Positions 18,037 to 27,875 of a DNA stretch of 64,000 nt are shown here, piece after piece. Each line of letters begins with the position of its first letter. Position 1 is the first letter of the stretch. The position numbers were made by a program, and so were the translations under genes. Under the pieces are notes generated by a model. It was not told the DNA's origin and did not search any database. It was given only the letters and a program-made list of their open reading frames with translations. Origin of the DNA: Bacteriovoracia bacterium (lineage in GTDB: Bacteria; Bdellovibrionota; Bacteriovoracia; Bacteriovoracales; Bacteriovoracaceae); contig JBKHVI010000001.1 of NCBI GenBank assembly GCA_046570105.1, positions 32,001 to 96,000 of the forward strand, in the 5' to 3' direction.

Positions 18037-18915
18037 TTACTTCCCTTTCGCTTGTTCAGTGGTGGTCGTTGGCACCAACAGTGCAGTGACTTGAGGACGT
18101 GGAAGAATCACAATCACTTCTTCCAGTTTTCTAAAATCAACCGACGGAGTGATTTCTACTCCCAAAGTCATGCCAGAAGTTTCACGATCAATATCTGTGA
18201 TCATGCCGACCTTAATGCCTTTGGGATAAATGCCACCCACACCGGCCGTCATGAGCTTGTCGCCCACTTCAATCGGTTCAGTACGAGATACATATTTCAA
18301 AGCACAGCGGTAGTTAAAGACACCTTCTACAATACCGTGAGTACGTGTGCGCTCACTAATGGCGTCCACTCGGTTGTTGGGATCTAGAATGGTGAGTACG
18401 TCAGCGTAATTAGGGCCCACACGATAAATGTAACCAACTAGACCCATGTGAGTGATGACCGGAGACATCAGTTTAATTCCGTCATTCCCACCACGATTCA
18501 AACGTAAGACTTTAAACTGGTTGGCCGAATCCCACCCGATCACTTGCGCCAAGATTTTCTCTTGGCCGATATCTTCTGAGTAATTCAACATTTGTTTGAG
18601 ACGGAAATTTTCGCGACGGATTTCTTCCATCTGAAAAAGATCGTCTTCTAGCCGTTCAATCTTCTTACGAAGATAAACGTTTTCTTTGCTGGTGTTCACA
18701 ATGCGAACATAATTATCAACTAGGTTACTTAGCTCCTGACGTGAGTTGGATAAACCTTTCTGCACAGGAGCAACAACTTCAACGACGAGTTGTTGGAAAA
18801 GCGTCATCTCTTCTAAATCGAAGCGCTTTTGTGAAAGACCATAAATGGCCAAGCCCAACACCAGTAGGTTGTTGATGATTTTAACTTTGGAAGACTCAGA
18901 AACTATCCGTCTCAA
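18037..18915 (-). CDS. mreC: Rod shape-determining protein MreC
   Basis: TM + coiled coil (ENFRLKQML), GLVG, TAGVGGIYPKGI. Confidence 0.95.
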   Translation of the reverse strand: MRRIVSESSKVKIINNLLVLGLAIYGLSQKRFDLEEMTLFQQLVVEVVAPVQKGLSNSRQELSNLVDNYVRIVNTSKENVYLRKKIERLEDDLFQMEEIRRENFRLKQMLNYSEDIGQEKILAQVIGWDSANQFKVLRLNRGGNDGIKLMSPVITHMGLVGYIYRVGPNYADVLTILDPNNRVDAISERTRTHGIVEGVFNYRCALKYVSRTEPIEVGDKLMTAGVGGIYPKGIKVGMITDIDRETSGMTLGVEITPSVDFRKLEEVIVILPRPQVTALLVPTTTTEQAKGK

Positions 18916-19048
18916 GAATTACCTCGGGTGAAAATGAACTACTCAAGGGTAACGCGCTCTGAGTCGCCTTGCCAATGATGGAATCTCCTTTGACCACATA
19001 AGGTTCGTGCCGTTAGAATGTGTGGGTTCGTAACCCTTAGGAGAAGTC

Positions 19049-20542
19049 ATGAAAAACTCTTTTGTGAGCAAAATTGCCACGTTTGTCCTCAGTCTTGTAT
19101 TCCTACTTATCATTGTGAGTTTCCTCTTTGGGGACTACCAAAACCAAGGCTCAGCATCTCCACAGGACGTTGCATCAGTGGATGGTCTTTCTATCACTCC
19201 GCGTGAATTTAATATGCGCCTCTCACAACAAGTTGAGTTTTTTAATCAGATGATGGGCCAACAGCTCACACCGCAACAAATTCAACAAATGGGCATTAAA
19301 GAGACCGTCTTAGGTCAATTGGTGCAAGGCAAACTACTTCTTTCATTCGGTATGAAGAATGGTTTCAATCTATCTGAAGCCGAGCTCAAAGATGAAATCA
19401 AGCGCCTTCCTTATTTCCAACGCGACGGGCGTTTTGATGTCGGCATGTACCGTGGTCTTTTGGCACAAAACCAATACACACCAGCTCAATTCGAAGAAAC
19501 GATCGGCCAAGATGTAGCTTCGCGCAAAATTGAGCAGATGCTTTCAACGCAAGTTATCTCGGAAAACCTGGCCCGCGATATTCTTCGCTTCAAACTGACA
19601 GGCGTAAAAACTGAAGCCGTCCGCGTTGAGCGCCAAGACTTGGTGGCCCTGATCGAAGTTACTTCTCAGGAAGCGACTGAGTTTGCCAATAAACCAGAAA
19701 ATAAAAAACTTCTAGAAGACATGTATCAGGAGAGCTTTGCCAAATATAATAAGCCAGAAGAAGCCAAAGCACGCCACATCCTCTTCGCTGCTAAGTCCCC
19801 TGCCGAAGAAGCAGCCGCTAAAGCGAAAGCCGATAAATTGGCCGGTACACTTAACGCCAAAAACTTTGCTGAAAAAGCCAAAGCACTCACTGAAGATCCA
19901 TCAGGCAAAGACAATGGTGGTGATCTAGGATGGTTCGCTCGTGGTCGTATGGTGCCAGAATTTGAAAAAGCTGCGTTCGAAGGCAAAGTTGGCCAAGTTG
20001 TCGGCCCAATCAAAACTAGCTTCGGTTATCACTGGCTCTTTATCGAAGGCAAAAAAGGCGAAGAGAAAAAAACTTTCGATCAAGTCAAAGCAGAGCTCGC
20101 TCGCATGGCCCTGCAAAAACGTAAAAGTCTCGACCTGGATAAAATCATGGCCGATACCAAGACTCATCTCCAGCAAGTCCTTCAAACCAACAATAAAGCC
20201 GCTATCACAACTGATAAAGCACGCATGAATTTGGTGCATTTACCGGGAACTGAGGTCAATCAATATGATTTAACTGTTGGCCCCCACGCCCTTACGGCCG
20301 TTGAAGGCGGACGCCTGTTCGCTGCCAAAGAGGGGGAAATTCTTGATTTCTCAACTCCTGGCGCACTGTTTCTCGTTAAAGTAGGCGCAAAAACTAACGC
20401 AGACGTTGCCGCCAAAATCGACGCCCAAGTTAAGACAGAAGTTCAATCTCAGGCACAGGTCTTTGGCCGCAGTCTTAGAGATGACCTCATCAAAGAGCTA
20501 AACGCCAACGCTAAAGTTGTCACTAACCCTGCTCTCCTGTAA
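19049..20542 (+). CDS. ppiD: PpiD-like periplasmic chaperone (SurA N-terminal + parvulin rotamase)
   Basis: N-terminal TM; ARHIL...GGDLGWF...MVPEFE...FGYH rotamase motif. Confidence 0.85.
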   Translation: MKNSFVSKIATFVLSLVFLLIIVSFLFGDYQNQGSASPQDVASVDGLSITPREFNMRLSQQVEFFNQMMGQQLTPQQIQQMGIKETVLGQLVQGKLLLSFGMKNGFNLSEAELKDEIKRLPYFQRDGRFDVGMYRGLLAQNQYTPAQFEETIGQDVASRKIEQMLSTQVISENLARDILRFKLTGVKTEAVRVERQDLVALIEVTSQEATEFANKPENKKLLEDMYQESFAKYNKPEEAKARHILFAAKSPAEEAAAKAKADKLAGTLNAKNFAEKAKALTEDPSGKDNGGDLGWFARGRMVPEFEKAAFEGKVGQVVGPIKTSFGYHWLFIEGKKGEEKKTFDQVKAELARMALQKRKSLDLDKIMADTKTHLQQVLQTNNKAAITTDKARMNLVHLPGTEVNQYDLTVGPHALTAVEGGRLFAAKEGEILDFSTPGALFLVKVGAKTNADVAAKIDAQVKTEVQSQAQVFGRSLRDDLIKELNANAKVVTNPALL

Positions 20543-20550
20543 ATATAGCT

Positions 20551-20577
20551 CGCCCCTCCTCGTGAGGGGCGCTTTTT
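20551..20577 (+). terminator. Possible intrinsic terminator after ppiD
   Basis: CGCCCCTC/GAGGGGCG stem followed by CTTTTT. Confidence 0.6.
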
Positions 20578-20590
20578 CAGGAGTCCTCTA

Positions 20591-20821
20591 ATGGCAGATA
20601 AAAAACATAAATTCGCTCAAAACGTAGCCGGTAAATACTTCGTCGATGACCAGTGCATTGCCTGTGATGCCTGCTGTGTAGAAGCTCCGCGTTTTTTTGC
20701 CATGAATGACGACGATGGCCATGCCTTTGTAAAATTGCAGCCCATCACTCCGGAAGATTTTAAAGAAGCTGAAAATGCGCTGGCGGCCTGCCCTGTTGAA
20801 GCCATTGGCAACGACGGCTGA
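20591..20821 (+). CDS. Monocluster ferredoxin
   Basis: CIACDAC...CP motif. Confidence 0.92.
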   Translation: MADKKHKFAQNVAGKYFVDDQCIACDACCVEAPRFFAMNDDDGHAFVKLQPITPEDFKEAENALAACPVEAIGNDG

Positions 20822-20891
20822 GACAAAACTCTTGTCGTTTTATGCCCTGTTTCTTAAATTGAAATGACATAAATATTCGAAGGAACTGACT

Positions 20892-21305
20892 ATGTTGAAG
20901 ACTCTTGTTGTCGCTTTAAGCTTTCTCTCATTTGCCCACGCCGCAACTCCAGGCCCAAAACTTAGCTATCCAAAACCTTTCTGGTTTTTCGAAGCCACCT
21001 ACGCTGATGGCCGTATCCTCACCTATCCAATCCAAATGGAAGAGTTCACCATGAAGCTTCCTTACAATGGCCGTGTGCTGTCAGCAGAAATTCCTGAAGT
21101 CATCAGTGCTGCCCATGCAGTAAAGAAAAACCTCAAACGTCGCTTCACTGCTGTTCGTGGCAACGACAAGCTTTCAGGCGAAATGCAGTGTGATCTCTCT
21201 AAGTTTAAAGACGAAGGCAAAGAGGCCGGCGAAGCTGTCCTCAATTTCAGCGGCGGTGACAAGAATGGCACGCCCACGAAACTTCGCATGTTCTGTCAGT
21301 TTTAG
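20892..21305 (+). CDS. Secreted hypothetical protein
   Basis: Signal peptide ending AHA; SD AAGGA. Confidence 0.7.
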   Translation: MLKTLVVALSFLSFAHAATPGPKLSYPKPFWFFEATYADGRILTYPIQMEEFTMKLPYNGRVLSAEIPEVISAAHAVKKNLKRRFTAVRGNDKLSGEMQCDLSKFKDEGKEAGEAVLNFSGGDKNGTPTKLRMFCQF

Positions 21306-21339
21306 TCTGGGTTAATCAATTAAATCAGATGGTTACGCC

Positions 21340-21382
21340 TATAAGTGAAAATCCGTGGTAGCTCCACGGATTTTCACTTATA
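21340..21382. promoter_or_regulatory. Perfect 19-bp inverted repeat overlapping a -10 box (putative operator)
   Basis: TATAAGTGAAAATCCGTGG-TAGCT-CCACGGATTTTCACTTATA; TATAAT at 21379-21384. Confidence 0.6.
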
Positions 21383-21390
21383 ATGATATT

Positions 21391-22545
21391 ATGTATATTA
21401 AAAGAGCACTGGATCTAAAAAAACATCTCGATCAAAAAAGTGTTCTTTTACTTGGCCCTCGAAGAACCGGTAAATCTTCGTTCATCCAGCAGCAGATCAA
21501 ACCAGACATTTATCTCAACTTGCTCGACACCGAAACTTTTGCCAAATTTGCCTATCAACCAAGCCTACTAAACCAGCTAATCAAAAAAACAGATCGCATT
21601 ATCTGCATTGATGAAATTCAAAAACTCCCTAATTTAATGGATGAAGTCCACGGCCTCATAGAAAAACATAAAGACAAACGCTTCATACTTACAGGCTCAA
21701 GTGCCAAGAACCTAAAAAAAACTCATACTTCCCTTATGGCAGGAAGAGCGCGCCAGTTAAACTTTCTGCCTTTTAACTATCATGAAGTGAAAGATTACAA
21801 GTTCGATTTAAATAAATTTTTACTCTACGGTGGTCTGCCTGATACTTATCTTTCAACTGACCCCTGGGAAGAGCTTAAAGACTATGCAGGCACCTATCTG
21901 CGAGAAGAAATTCAAGCCCAAGCATTCGTTCGTAAAATTGAAAACTACGCGCGCTTCCTCGAGTTTGCCGCCCAAACGAGCGGACAAATTCTCAACTACG
22001 AATCCTTAGCAAGTGATTCATTTATCCCTGCTCGCACCATTAAAGACTATTACCGCCTGTTAGAAGAAACGATGATTGGGTATAACCTTCAGCCGTATCG
22101 AAAGAAAGGTAGTCGCAAAGAGGTATCAACAAGTAAGTTCTATCTATTTGATACGGGAATTTTGAACGCCTTCGTTAGAAGAAAAGCTCTTAAAGAAAAA
22201 ACAGAAGAATTTGGACTCTTATTCGAGCACTTTATCTTTCTCGAACTTAAAGCGTACCAATTACTCAATCGAGCCGACTGGACTCTCGAATTTTGGCGCA
22301 GTCACAAACACGAAGAAGTCGACTTCATCCTTGGTAGTGGCGAAGTCATTATTGAAGTAAAATCTGGAACGAAAATTCGACCTGAACATCTTAAAGGTCT
22401 ACAGAAGTTCAAGTCCGATTATAACTGCAAAAGATCGATCATCATCTGCCAAGCCACTCAAAAAGAAACGATTCAAGGAATCGAAATCTATCCTTGGGAT
22501 GAGTTTTTAAATGAACTTTGGCTTGGCGAAATTATTAAAGACTAA
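21391..22545 (+). CDS. AAA_14 ATPase with DUF4143 and C-terminal nuclease-like motif
   Basis: GPRRTGKS Walker A, IDEIQK Walker B, LTGSS, KFYLFDTG, EVDF...IEVK. Confidence 0.88.
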   Translation: MYIKRALDLKKHLDQKSVLLLGPRRTGKSSFIQQQIKPDIYLNLLDTETFAKFAYQPSLLNQLIKKTDRIICIDEIQKLPNLMDEVHGLIEKHKDKRFILTGSSAKNLKKTHTSLMAGRARQLNFLPFNYHEVKDYKFDLNKFLLYGGLPDTYLSTDPWEELKDYAGTYLREEIQAQAFVRKIENYARFLEFAAQTSGQILNYESLASDSFIPARTIKDYYRLLEETMIGYNLQPYRKKGSRKEVSTSKFYLFDTGILNAFVRRKALKEKTEEFGLLFEHFIFLELKAYQLLNRADWTLEFWRSHKHEEVDFILGSGEVIIEVKSGTKIRPEHLKGLQKFKSDYNCKRSIIICQATQKETIQGIEIYPWDEFLNELWLGEIIKD

Positions 22546-22653
22546 AATCTTGGTTTAAATCGCGTGCTCTCCCTCTGTTATTTTTACCCACGCTTCCCCC
22601 TAAATTTTAATTTTCGCTATATTGCGCGCTCACCAAACAACCGGAGCGCGTGC

Positions 22654-23412
22654 ATGAAATCTCAACTTGTCCTAGGCCTCATTATCCTGACTTCTGCTAC
22701 AGCACACGCCCGCGTAGTACGCGAGAAACCGGTTGAGAAGATTTTTAAAAACACCCAATGCGAAGCTTCTGATAGTTGTGGGCTCACTGAATTCAAAGTT
22801 CATACTTATAACTATGAAGCTATTTTCCCAGATGGCTCATCTCACGGCACCAGTGCCTTCATGAGTTACAAAACGCAAAAAGTAGATCAACTGGAGAACT
22901 TTGCCATCGTTCAAAAAATTAAAGGCTGCCAATTCCAATCTCAACTCACACCAGAAGGAGTTGTGACTAAGAATTTTGCCCTCGCTCGTGAATTCTTTGA
23001 TCAAGTGATTACTTATAATCATCCTGAGTGGGTGATTGATTCAGTTGATCTCGATCCCATGTATAACAACTGGTCGCCTGATCGCCGTCACGCCGCTTAT
23101 CGCTGGAACAAAGTCGCCGGCTCTTATGACAAGACCACCGAAATGAAATTCGGCCCAACCTTCCCTACTCGCCCTGAGCTCTATGTTTCAGATCTTCCGG
23201 GCACAGCTTTCTTCATGGGTGGTGTGGCTAAAAACATCAGCCTGCAATTTGAAGTCTGTATTCACAAGACAAGTGATGTCCCCACAACCTCTCGTCCCGA
23301 TTCCGAAATCGCTTCTCCTATCGCCTGCCACACTTGGGCCAGCTCGTTCATTTACAATCACACAACGAACAAGTTCGAATCGAAAGCTGAGATTGATGAG
23401 TTTTGTAAGTAA
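22654..23412 (+). CDS. Secreted hypothetical protein
   Basis: ATG at 22654 after GGAG; signal peptide ending AHA. Confidence 0.7.
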   Translation: MKSQLVLGLIILTSATAHARVVREKPVEKIFKNTQCEASDSCGLTEFKVHTYNYEAIFPDGSSHGTSAFMSYKTQKVDQLENFAIVQKIKGCQFQSQLTPEGVVTKNFALAREFFDQVITYNHPEWVIDSVDLDPMYNNWSPDRRHAAYRWNKVAGSYDKTTEMKFGPTFPTRPELYVSDLPGTAFFMGGVAKNISLQFEVCIHKTSDVPTTSRPDSEIASPIACHTWASSFIYNHTTNKFESKAEIDEFCK

Positions 23413-23463
23413 AAACCCAATAAAAGAACTTTGATTATAGATAAAGAAAATTTACTCTTTGGT

Positions 23464-25020
23464 ATGAGAGAAAAACTTGCTCTATTGATAAGAAGTAATT
23501 GGGCACCCCTTTTTGCCATCTATCTCTTTGCCATTTTTTTTGCCACCCTCAATCTCCCTTACGCAACAATAGATCTGTATGATGAAACAATTTATCAGGT
23601 TGGAGCGAAATTTAATTTAATTCAAAGCTGGTCACCTCTCTACTCACTCTACTATCGATTGATAGGTTTATTTACCGAAGATCAATTAACCGTACAGCTC
23701 GCGGGACACCTTTCGATAAATTATCTGCTCTTTCCAACTGCAGTTTATTCGCTCTCGATGCGGTTTTTTGCGGGAAGATCTATTCCATTCATCTTAACTC
23801 TGTATTTACTTTTAACTTTTTTAAACGTTAACGAGATACCAAGAGTTCACTCATTTAACTTTTCGATACTTACACTTTCAGTTCTCACTCTATTTGATCT
23901 AAAAAACAGAAAAAAGCTAATCGCTTTGTCATTCTTGTTTGGATTATTCATACATATTCGATTTGAAAATCTGGCTGGAGGCTTACTCTTTCTGGCCCTG
24001 GTCATGTTTTATTTAGGTGACCCCAAAACCAAAATAGGAACTATCAAAGTTTCTATGATCAGTATTATTTCTGTAACTTTTGGATACGGCTTATTATTTA
24101 TATTCTTTAGTGATTGGTCTTTTATTGCCCATGACAATCGCTCATTTCACGCTTTCCAAGACTACTTCACATGGGAAAAAAGTAATGCATATACCAACAT
24201 CGGTGAATTTAATCAGCAGTTTAACTCCTCTAAAGATTTAGTTTCTTTTATCTTGAATTACCCAACAACATTCATTAAACATTTATTAAATAATCTTTTG
24301 GCACTTCCAGAAGCAATATTCGCAACACTGTATCCAGCCAAAGTCTCGGTTCTACATACGTATAGCAGGAGATTCGTTCTAATCTTCTTTGCCACACTAA
24401 TTTTTCTGCCTATAAAACCCAGAAACGATTGGTCGCGACATTTCATAATTGCTTTCTCAGCTCAATCAATACTGGTCTCACTCATTACAAAACCAGCAAT
24501 TAAATATCTTCTTTTTCCAGGATTTTCCTGGTTACTACTCATACTCATTGGGATTAACAAGGTCCGAAGTAAAATTACATACGACCTGACTCGTTTTCGA
24601 TTCATTCCCATAACCTTTGTTGTCCTTTTGGCAGCATTTCAATCTTATGAAATTAAAAGCCAAGACAGAGGTCTACGAAAAGCAATTGATAGCCACATCA
24701 ATGAATGGAATAAAATAGATATTCAACAAGAAGAAGTTATCTTTTTTCCAAATTCAATTCCATTTTTTGCCGGTGTAAATACGCAAAGAAGCTTGGTTAC
24801 ACAATTTGATTACCGGAATGAACTTGAGCAACATTTTTTAGATTGGATAGAAAAACGAAAAATTTCACTCATTTGCTATTCTGATGGTTTTACCTGGTAC
24901 AATTTTATTCATAAGCCTGCTGACTATGATCAATTCGAAGAAAAACATAACGAACTTCTTTACGAAAGAATCAATCCAGAAGATCAGTTTATTAGATGTT
25001 ATCGAAAGATTGAGCTTTAA
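23464..25020 (+). CDS. AT-rich polytopic membrane protein (possible GT-C glycosyltransferase fold)
   Basis: Many TM segments, early YDE motif and a soluble C-terminal domain; function is inferred. Confidence 0.55.
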   Translation: MREKLALLIRSNWAPLFAIYLFAIFFATLNLPYATIDLYDETIYQVGAKFNLIQSWSPLYSLYYRLIGLFTEDQLTVQLAGHLSINYLLFPTAVYSLSMRFFAGRSIPFILTLYLLLTFLNVNEIPRVHSFNFSILTLSVLTLFDLKNRKKLIALSFLFGLFIHIRFENLAGGLLFLALVMFYLGDPKTKIGTIKVSMISIISVTFGYGLLFIFFSDWSFIAHDNRSFHAFQDYFTWEKSNAYTNIGEFNQQFNSSKDLVSFILNYPTTFIKHLLNNLLALPEAIFATLYPAKVSVLHTYSRRFVLIFFATLIFLPIKPRNDWSRHFIIAFSAQSILVSLITKPAIKYLLFPGFSWLLLILIGINKVRSKITYDLTRFRFIPITFVVLLAAFQSYEIKSQDRGLRKAIDSHINEWNKIDIQQEEVIFFPNSIPFFAGVNTQRSLVTQFDYRNELEQHFLDWIEKRKISLICYSDGFTWYNFIHKPADYDQFEEKHNELLYERINPEDQFIRCYRKIEL

Positions 25021-25051
25021 TCGTCTGATCTGTAACTAAATTCAAATTAAT

Positions 25052-25077
25052 AAAAAAGGCCCCCATCGCTGGGGGCC
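25052..25077 (-). terminator. Intrinsic terminator of flagellar operon (after flgE)
   Basis: GGCCCCCA/TGGGGGCC stem with T6 on the minus strand. Confidence 0.85.
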
Positions 25078-25120
25078 CTTCCGGAAAATTTAACTATCAG
25101 TAGTAATATCAGTCTAACTA

Positions 25121-26401
25121 TTAGCGTTTGATGTTCAGAACTTCTTGCAACATCTGGTCCGAAGTTGTGATCGTACGAGTGTTCGCTTGGAAGTTACGTT
25201 GAGCTGCCATCAAGTTAATGAACTCGTTAGCAATATCGACGTTCGAAGCTTCAATAGACTTCGAGAGAACTTCACCGCGACCATCGAGACCCGGCTTGCC
25301 GATAGCGGCCTGACCAGATTTACGAGTTTCTTTGAACAAGTTCTTACCAGTTTTGAACAAGCCTTCAGTGTTTTCGAACTTCGCGATCGCCACTTGGCCC
25401 AATTCGCGTTGAACACCGTTGTCGTAAACCGCTGTGAGTACGCCGTCGTCATTGAATGACATTGAGGCAAGTGTCGCAGCTGAAGAACCGTTCTGACTGT
25501 GACGAGCCACTGAAGAACGTGAACCGTACTGAGTTGAAGCATCGATACCTGTTCCGCCGTCCTTGATTGACTTACCGAAGTCGAAAGCAATCTTCTGGCC
25601 TTGACCGGCGCCCTTGTTGAAATTGAAAGCGTTGTTCTTTTCAACTTCTTCTTCGAGCACACCTTTAGCATTGAACTTCAGTGTACCTGTTGCCATCTCA
25701 ACCATTTCACCTGGTTTTCCGCCTTGAGCGTCAGCACCGTCTACCAATGCATGGTAATCCCAGTTGCCGTCCGCGGTCTTATTGAAATAGAGAGTCACTA
25801 AGCGAGCTGTACCGACGTTGTCGTAAACAGTCACAGAGTTGTTGAAGTTTGAAGTCTTGTCTGGATTCTTTGGATCGAACTGCATAACGTTTTCACGGCT
25901 ATCAAGGTTCATTGAAAGCTTCACTTCTTCCGTAGCTGTCGCTGGAATTGTGGTGCTACCAAGCTTGATTGGCTCGAGTTTGTTTGTCATTTTACCATCA
26001 GCGTCCGGTTGGAAACCGTTTACACGGTAGCCGTCGCCGTTGATCATGTAGCCTTCTTTATCGAAATGGAATGAACCATCGCGAGTATAACCTTTACCAA
26101 ATGGTGCATCGACTTGGAAAAAGCCGTTACCGTTAATGGCAAGGTCAGTGATTGACTGGGTACGCTGAATGGTACCTTGAGTCCACTGTGGTGTGACGTG
26201 CGCAAGCTTAGTACCAGAACCGATCTGGTCACCGCCGTCGATACCTTTTAATGAGGATGCGAGAGTGTCTTGAAACTCTGCGCGAGATGATTTGAAACCG
26301 AAGGTGCCGGCGTTGGCGATGTTATCACCCACGACACTCATCGATGAGCCAGCTGCGTTCAGGCCCGTGATACCAATGTTAAACGATGAAAGAATACTCA
26401 T
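25121..26401 (-). CDS. flgE: Flagellar hook protein
   Basis: NIANAGTFGFK, DLAINGNGFF, YTRDGSF, SNVDIANE..QRNFQAN. Confidence 0.96.
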   Translation of the reverse strand: MSILSSFNIGITGLNAAGSSMSVVGDNIANAGTFGFKSSRAEFQDTLASSLKGIDGGDQIGSGTKLAHVTPQWTQGTIQRTQSITDLAINGNGFFQVDAPFGKGYTRDGSFHFDKEGYMINGDGYRVNGFQPDADGKMTNKLEPIKLGSTTIPATATEEVKLSMNLDSRENVMQFDPKNPDKTSNFNNSVTVYDNVGTARLVTLYFNKTADGNWDYHALVDGADAQGGKPGEMVEMATGTLKFNAKGVLEEEVEKNNAFNFNKGAGQGQKIAFDFGKSIKDGGTGIDASTQYGSRSSVARHSQNGSSAATLASMSFNDDGVLTAVYDNGVQRELGQVAIAKFENTEGLFKTGKNLFKETRKSGQAAIGKPGLDGRGEVLSKSIEASNVDIANEFINLMAAQRNFQANTRTITTSDQMLQEVLNIKR

Positions 26402-26547
26402 TCGTGTCCCTCCTAGACTTCTTGCTTGAGTTCTCTTGGTACTACAGACCTTGAGAGGGGCTTCCGGGAAGGACCAGCCTTATACTCAAACAAACGTTAA
26501 TATTACTACCGTCTCACACGTGGCTTCCGTTCCTCGTGTGTGATTTC

Positions 26548-26949
26548 TTAATTCATAAATATGGTCGAGTCGATCTTAGTAAAGACGTTCTCACCCATAC
26601 TGTCGCGATCAACTGCAGTCACCACCATGCCGCGATCTACGTCCATGACGTATGCCGCTTTATTTGTGATAACGAGCGAATCATGACCACCTTTCACGCG
26701 CAATTTTCCAAGAGCTTCTTGTAGCTTTATGTACTCTTGCGTATCAAATTCAATATTACGTTCCTGCAAACGTTTCGTAGCGTGAGTCGAAAGTTCTACA
26801 CCATTCTTCGCTTGCGGCTTTTCAGCTTGCTTCACGAGTTGATCGAACTCACTCTTCTGACCTGGGGTCAGTTTATTCGACGTCTGGGCCTTTTCCTGTG
26901 AAGGAAGGCTCGTGACATTGGGAATAAGTAAGTCGTTAATCCGTGACAT
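26548..26949 (-). CDS. Flagellar operon protein (TIGR02530-like)
   Basis: STHATKRLQER...SLV...VVTA...NVFTKIDS; lies between flgD and flgE. Confidence 0.85.
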   Translation of the reverse strand: MSRINDLLIPNVTSLPSQEKAQTSNKLTPGQKSEFDQLVKQAEKPQAKNGVELSTHATKRLQERNIEFDTQEYIKLQEALGKLRVKGGHDSLVITNKAAYVMDVDRGMVVTAVDRDSMGENVFTKIDSTIFMN

Positions 26950-26961
26950 TTACTTCTCTAG

Positions 26962-27873
26962 TTAATCGTAAATTCCCTCTCCTTGTGCACGGTAAGCATT
27001 TTGTGCTTGCTGCGCGCTCGGAGCTGGAGCGTTATTCAATCTTAAGGCATTCTGTTGCTGTTGTGCAGTAGGCATGTTTTGCATTGCGCCTGTATTTTCT
27101 TGATTATGGAAACTCACTACATCACGCAAGAAAACTTTTTGTCCATCAACTGAAAGCACTGGCTCACCTTCATCAAAAGTCACACTCGTCACAAGACCTG
27201 TCGCCTGTGTGCGTGTAGGAACTTCTTGACCCGCAAGATCCCAAGCTTTGACTGTCGCTTTGTAATTTCCTTTAGCAGTCAACTGACCATCTAAAGTTAC
27301 ACCATCCCAAGTGACTTCATGAGCACCTTGAGACATACCATCTTTCCAGATCTCACCAACTGTTTGGCCTTTCTGATCTTGGATACGGATAAGAACTTTA
27401 GCTGCTTCGCCATCAAGCTTGAAGAGAACATCAGCGTTGCCGCCTTCTTCTTCAATCTTCAAAGATGAACCTGCAGTGACAACTTTTTTGCCAACAAAGT
27501 TTGCGGCATAAAATTTATCTTGGATCATTTGGTTTTTTTGAACCTTATCAAACTTTGAGTTTAAGTTTGAAAGCTGCTCGAGTTGTGAGAACTGAGCAAG
27601 TTCACCGGTCATTTTACCTTGATCCATCGGATTCATCGGATCTTGGTTTTGTAATTGATAAGTGAGGAGTTTCAAAAACTCATCCTTACCCATTTCATTA
27701 TGAGGACCGTCTTTATGAATGCCTTCTGGTTTTCTACCAGTGGCACGATTGATAATTTGTTCATCTAGTTGGCGTGCGCCACCACCAGTACGATTGGACA
27801 AAGCCTTGGGGGCCATAGTGACTTGGCGATATTGCTGTGCTTGTGGATCGACCGGGCGTCCAATTTCAGGCAT
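26962..27873 (-). CDS. flgD: Flagellar hook cap protein
   Basis: FLKLLTYQLQNQDPMNPMD...LAQFSQLEQL. Confidence 0.96.
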   Translation of the reverse strand: MPEIGRPVDPQAQQYRQVTMAPKALSNRTGGGARQLDEQIINRATGRKPEGIHKDGPHNEMGKDEFLKLLTYQLQNQDPMNPMDQGKMTGELAQFSQLEQLSNLNSKFDKVQKNQMIQDKFYAANFVGKKVVTAGSSLKIEEEGGNADVLFKLDGEAAKVLIRIQDQKGQTVGEIWKDGMSQGAHEVTWDGVTLDGQLTAKGNYKATVKAWDLAGQEVPTRTQATGLVTSVTFDEGEPVLSVDGQKVFLRDVVSFHNQENTGAMQNMPTAQQQQNALRLNNAPAPSAQQAQNAYRAQGEGIYD

Positions 27874-27875
27874 GG

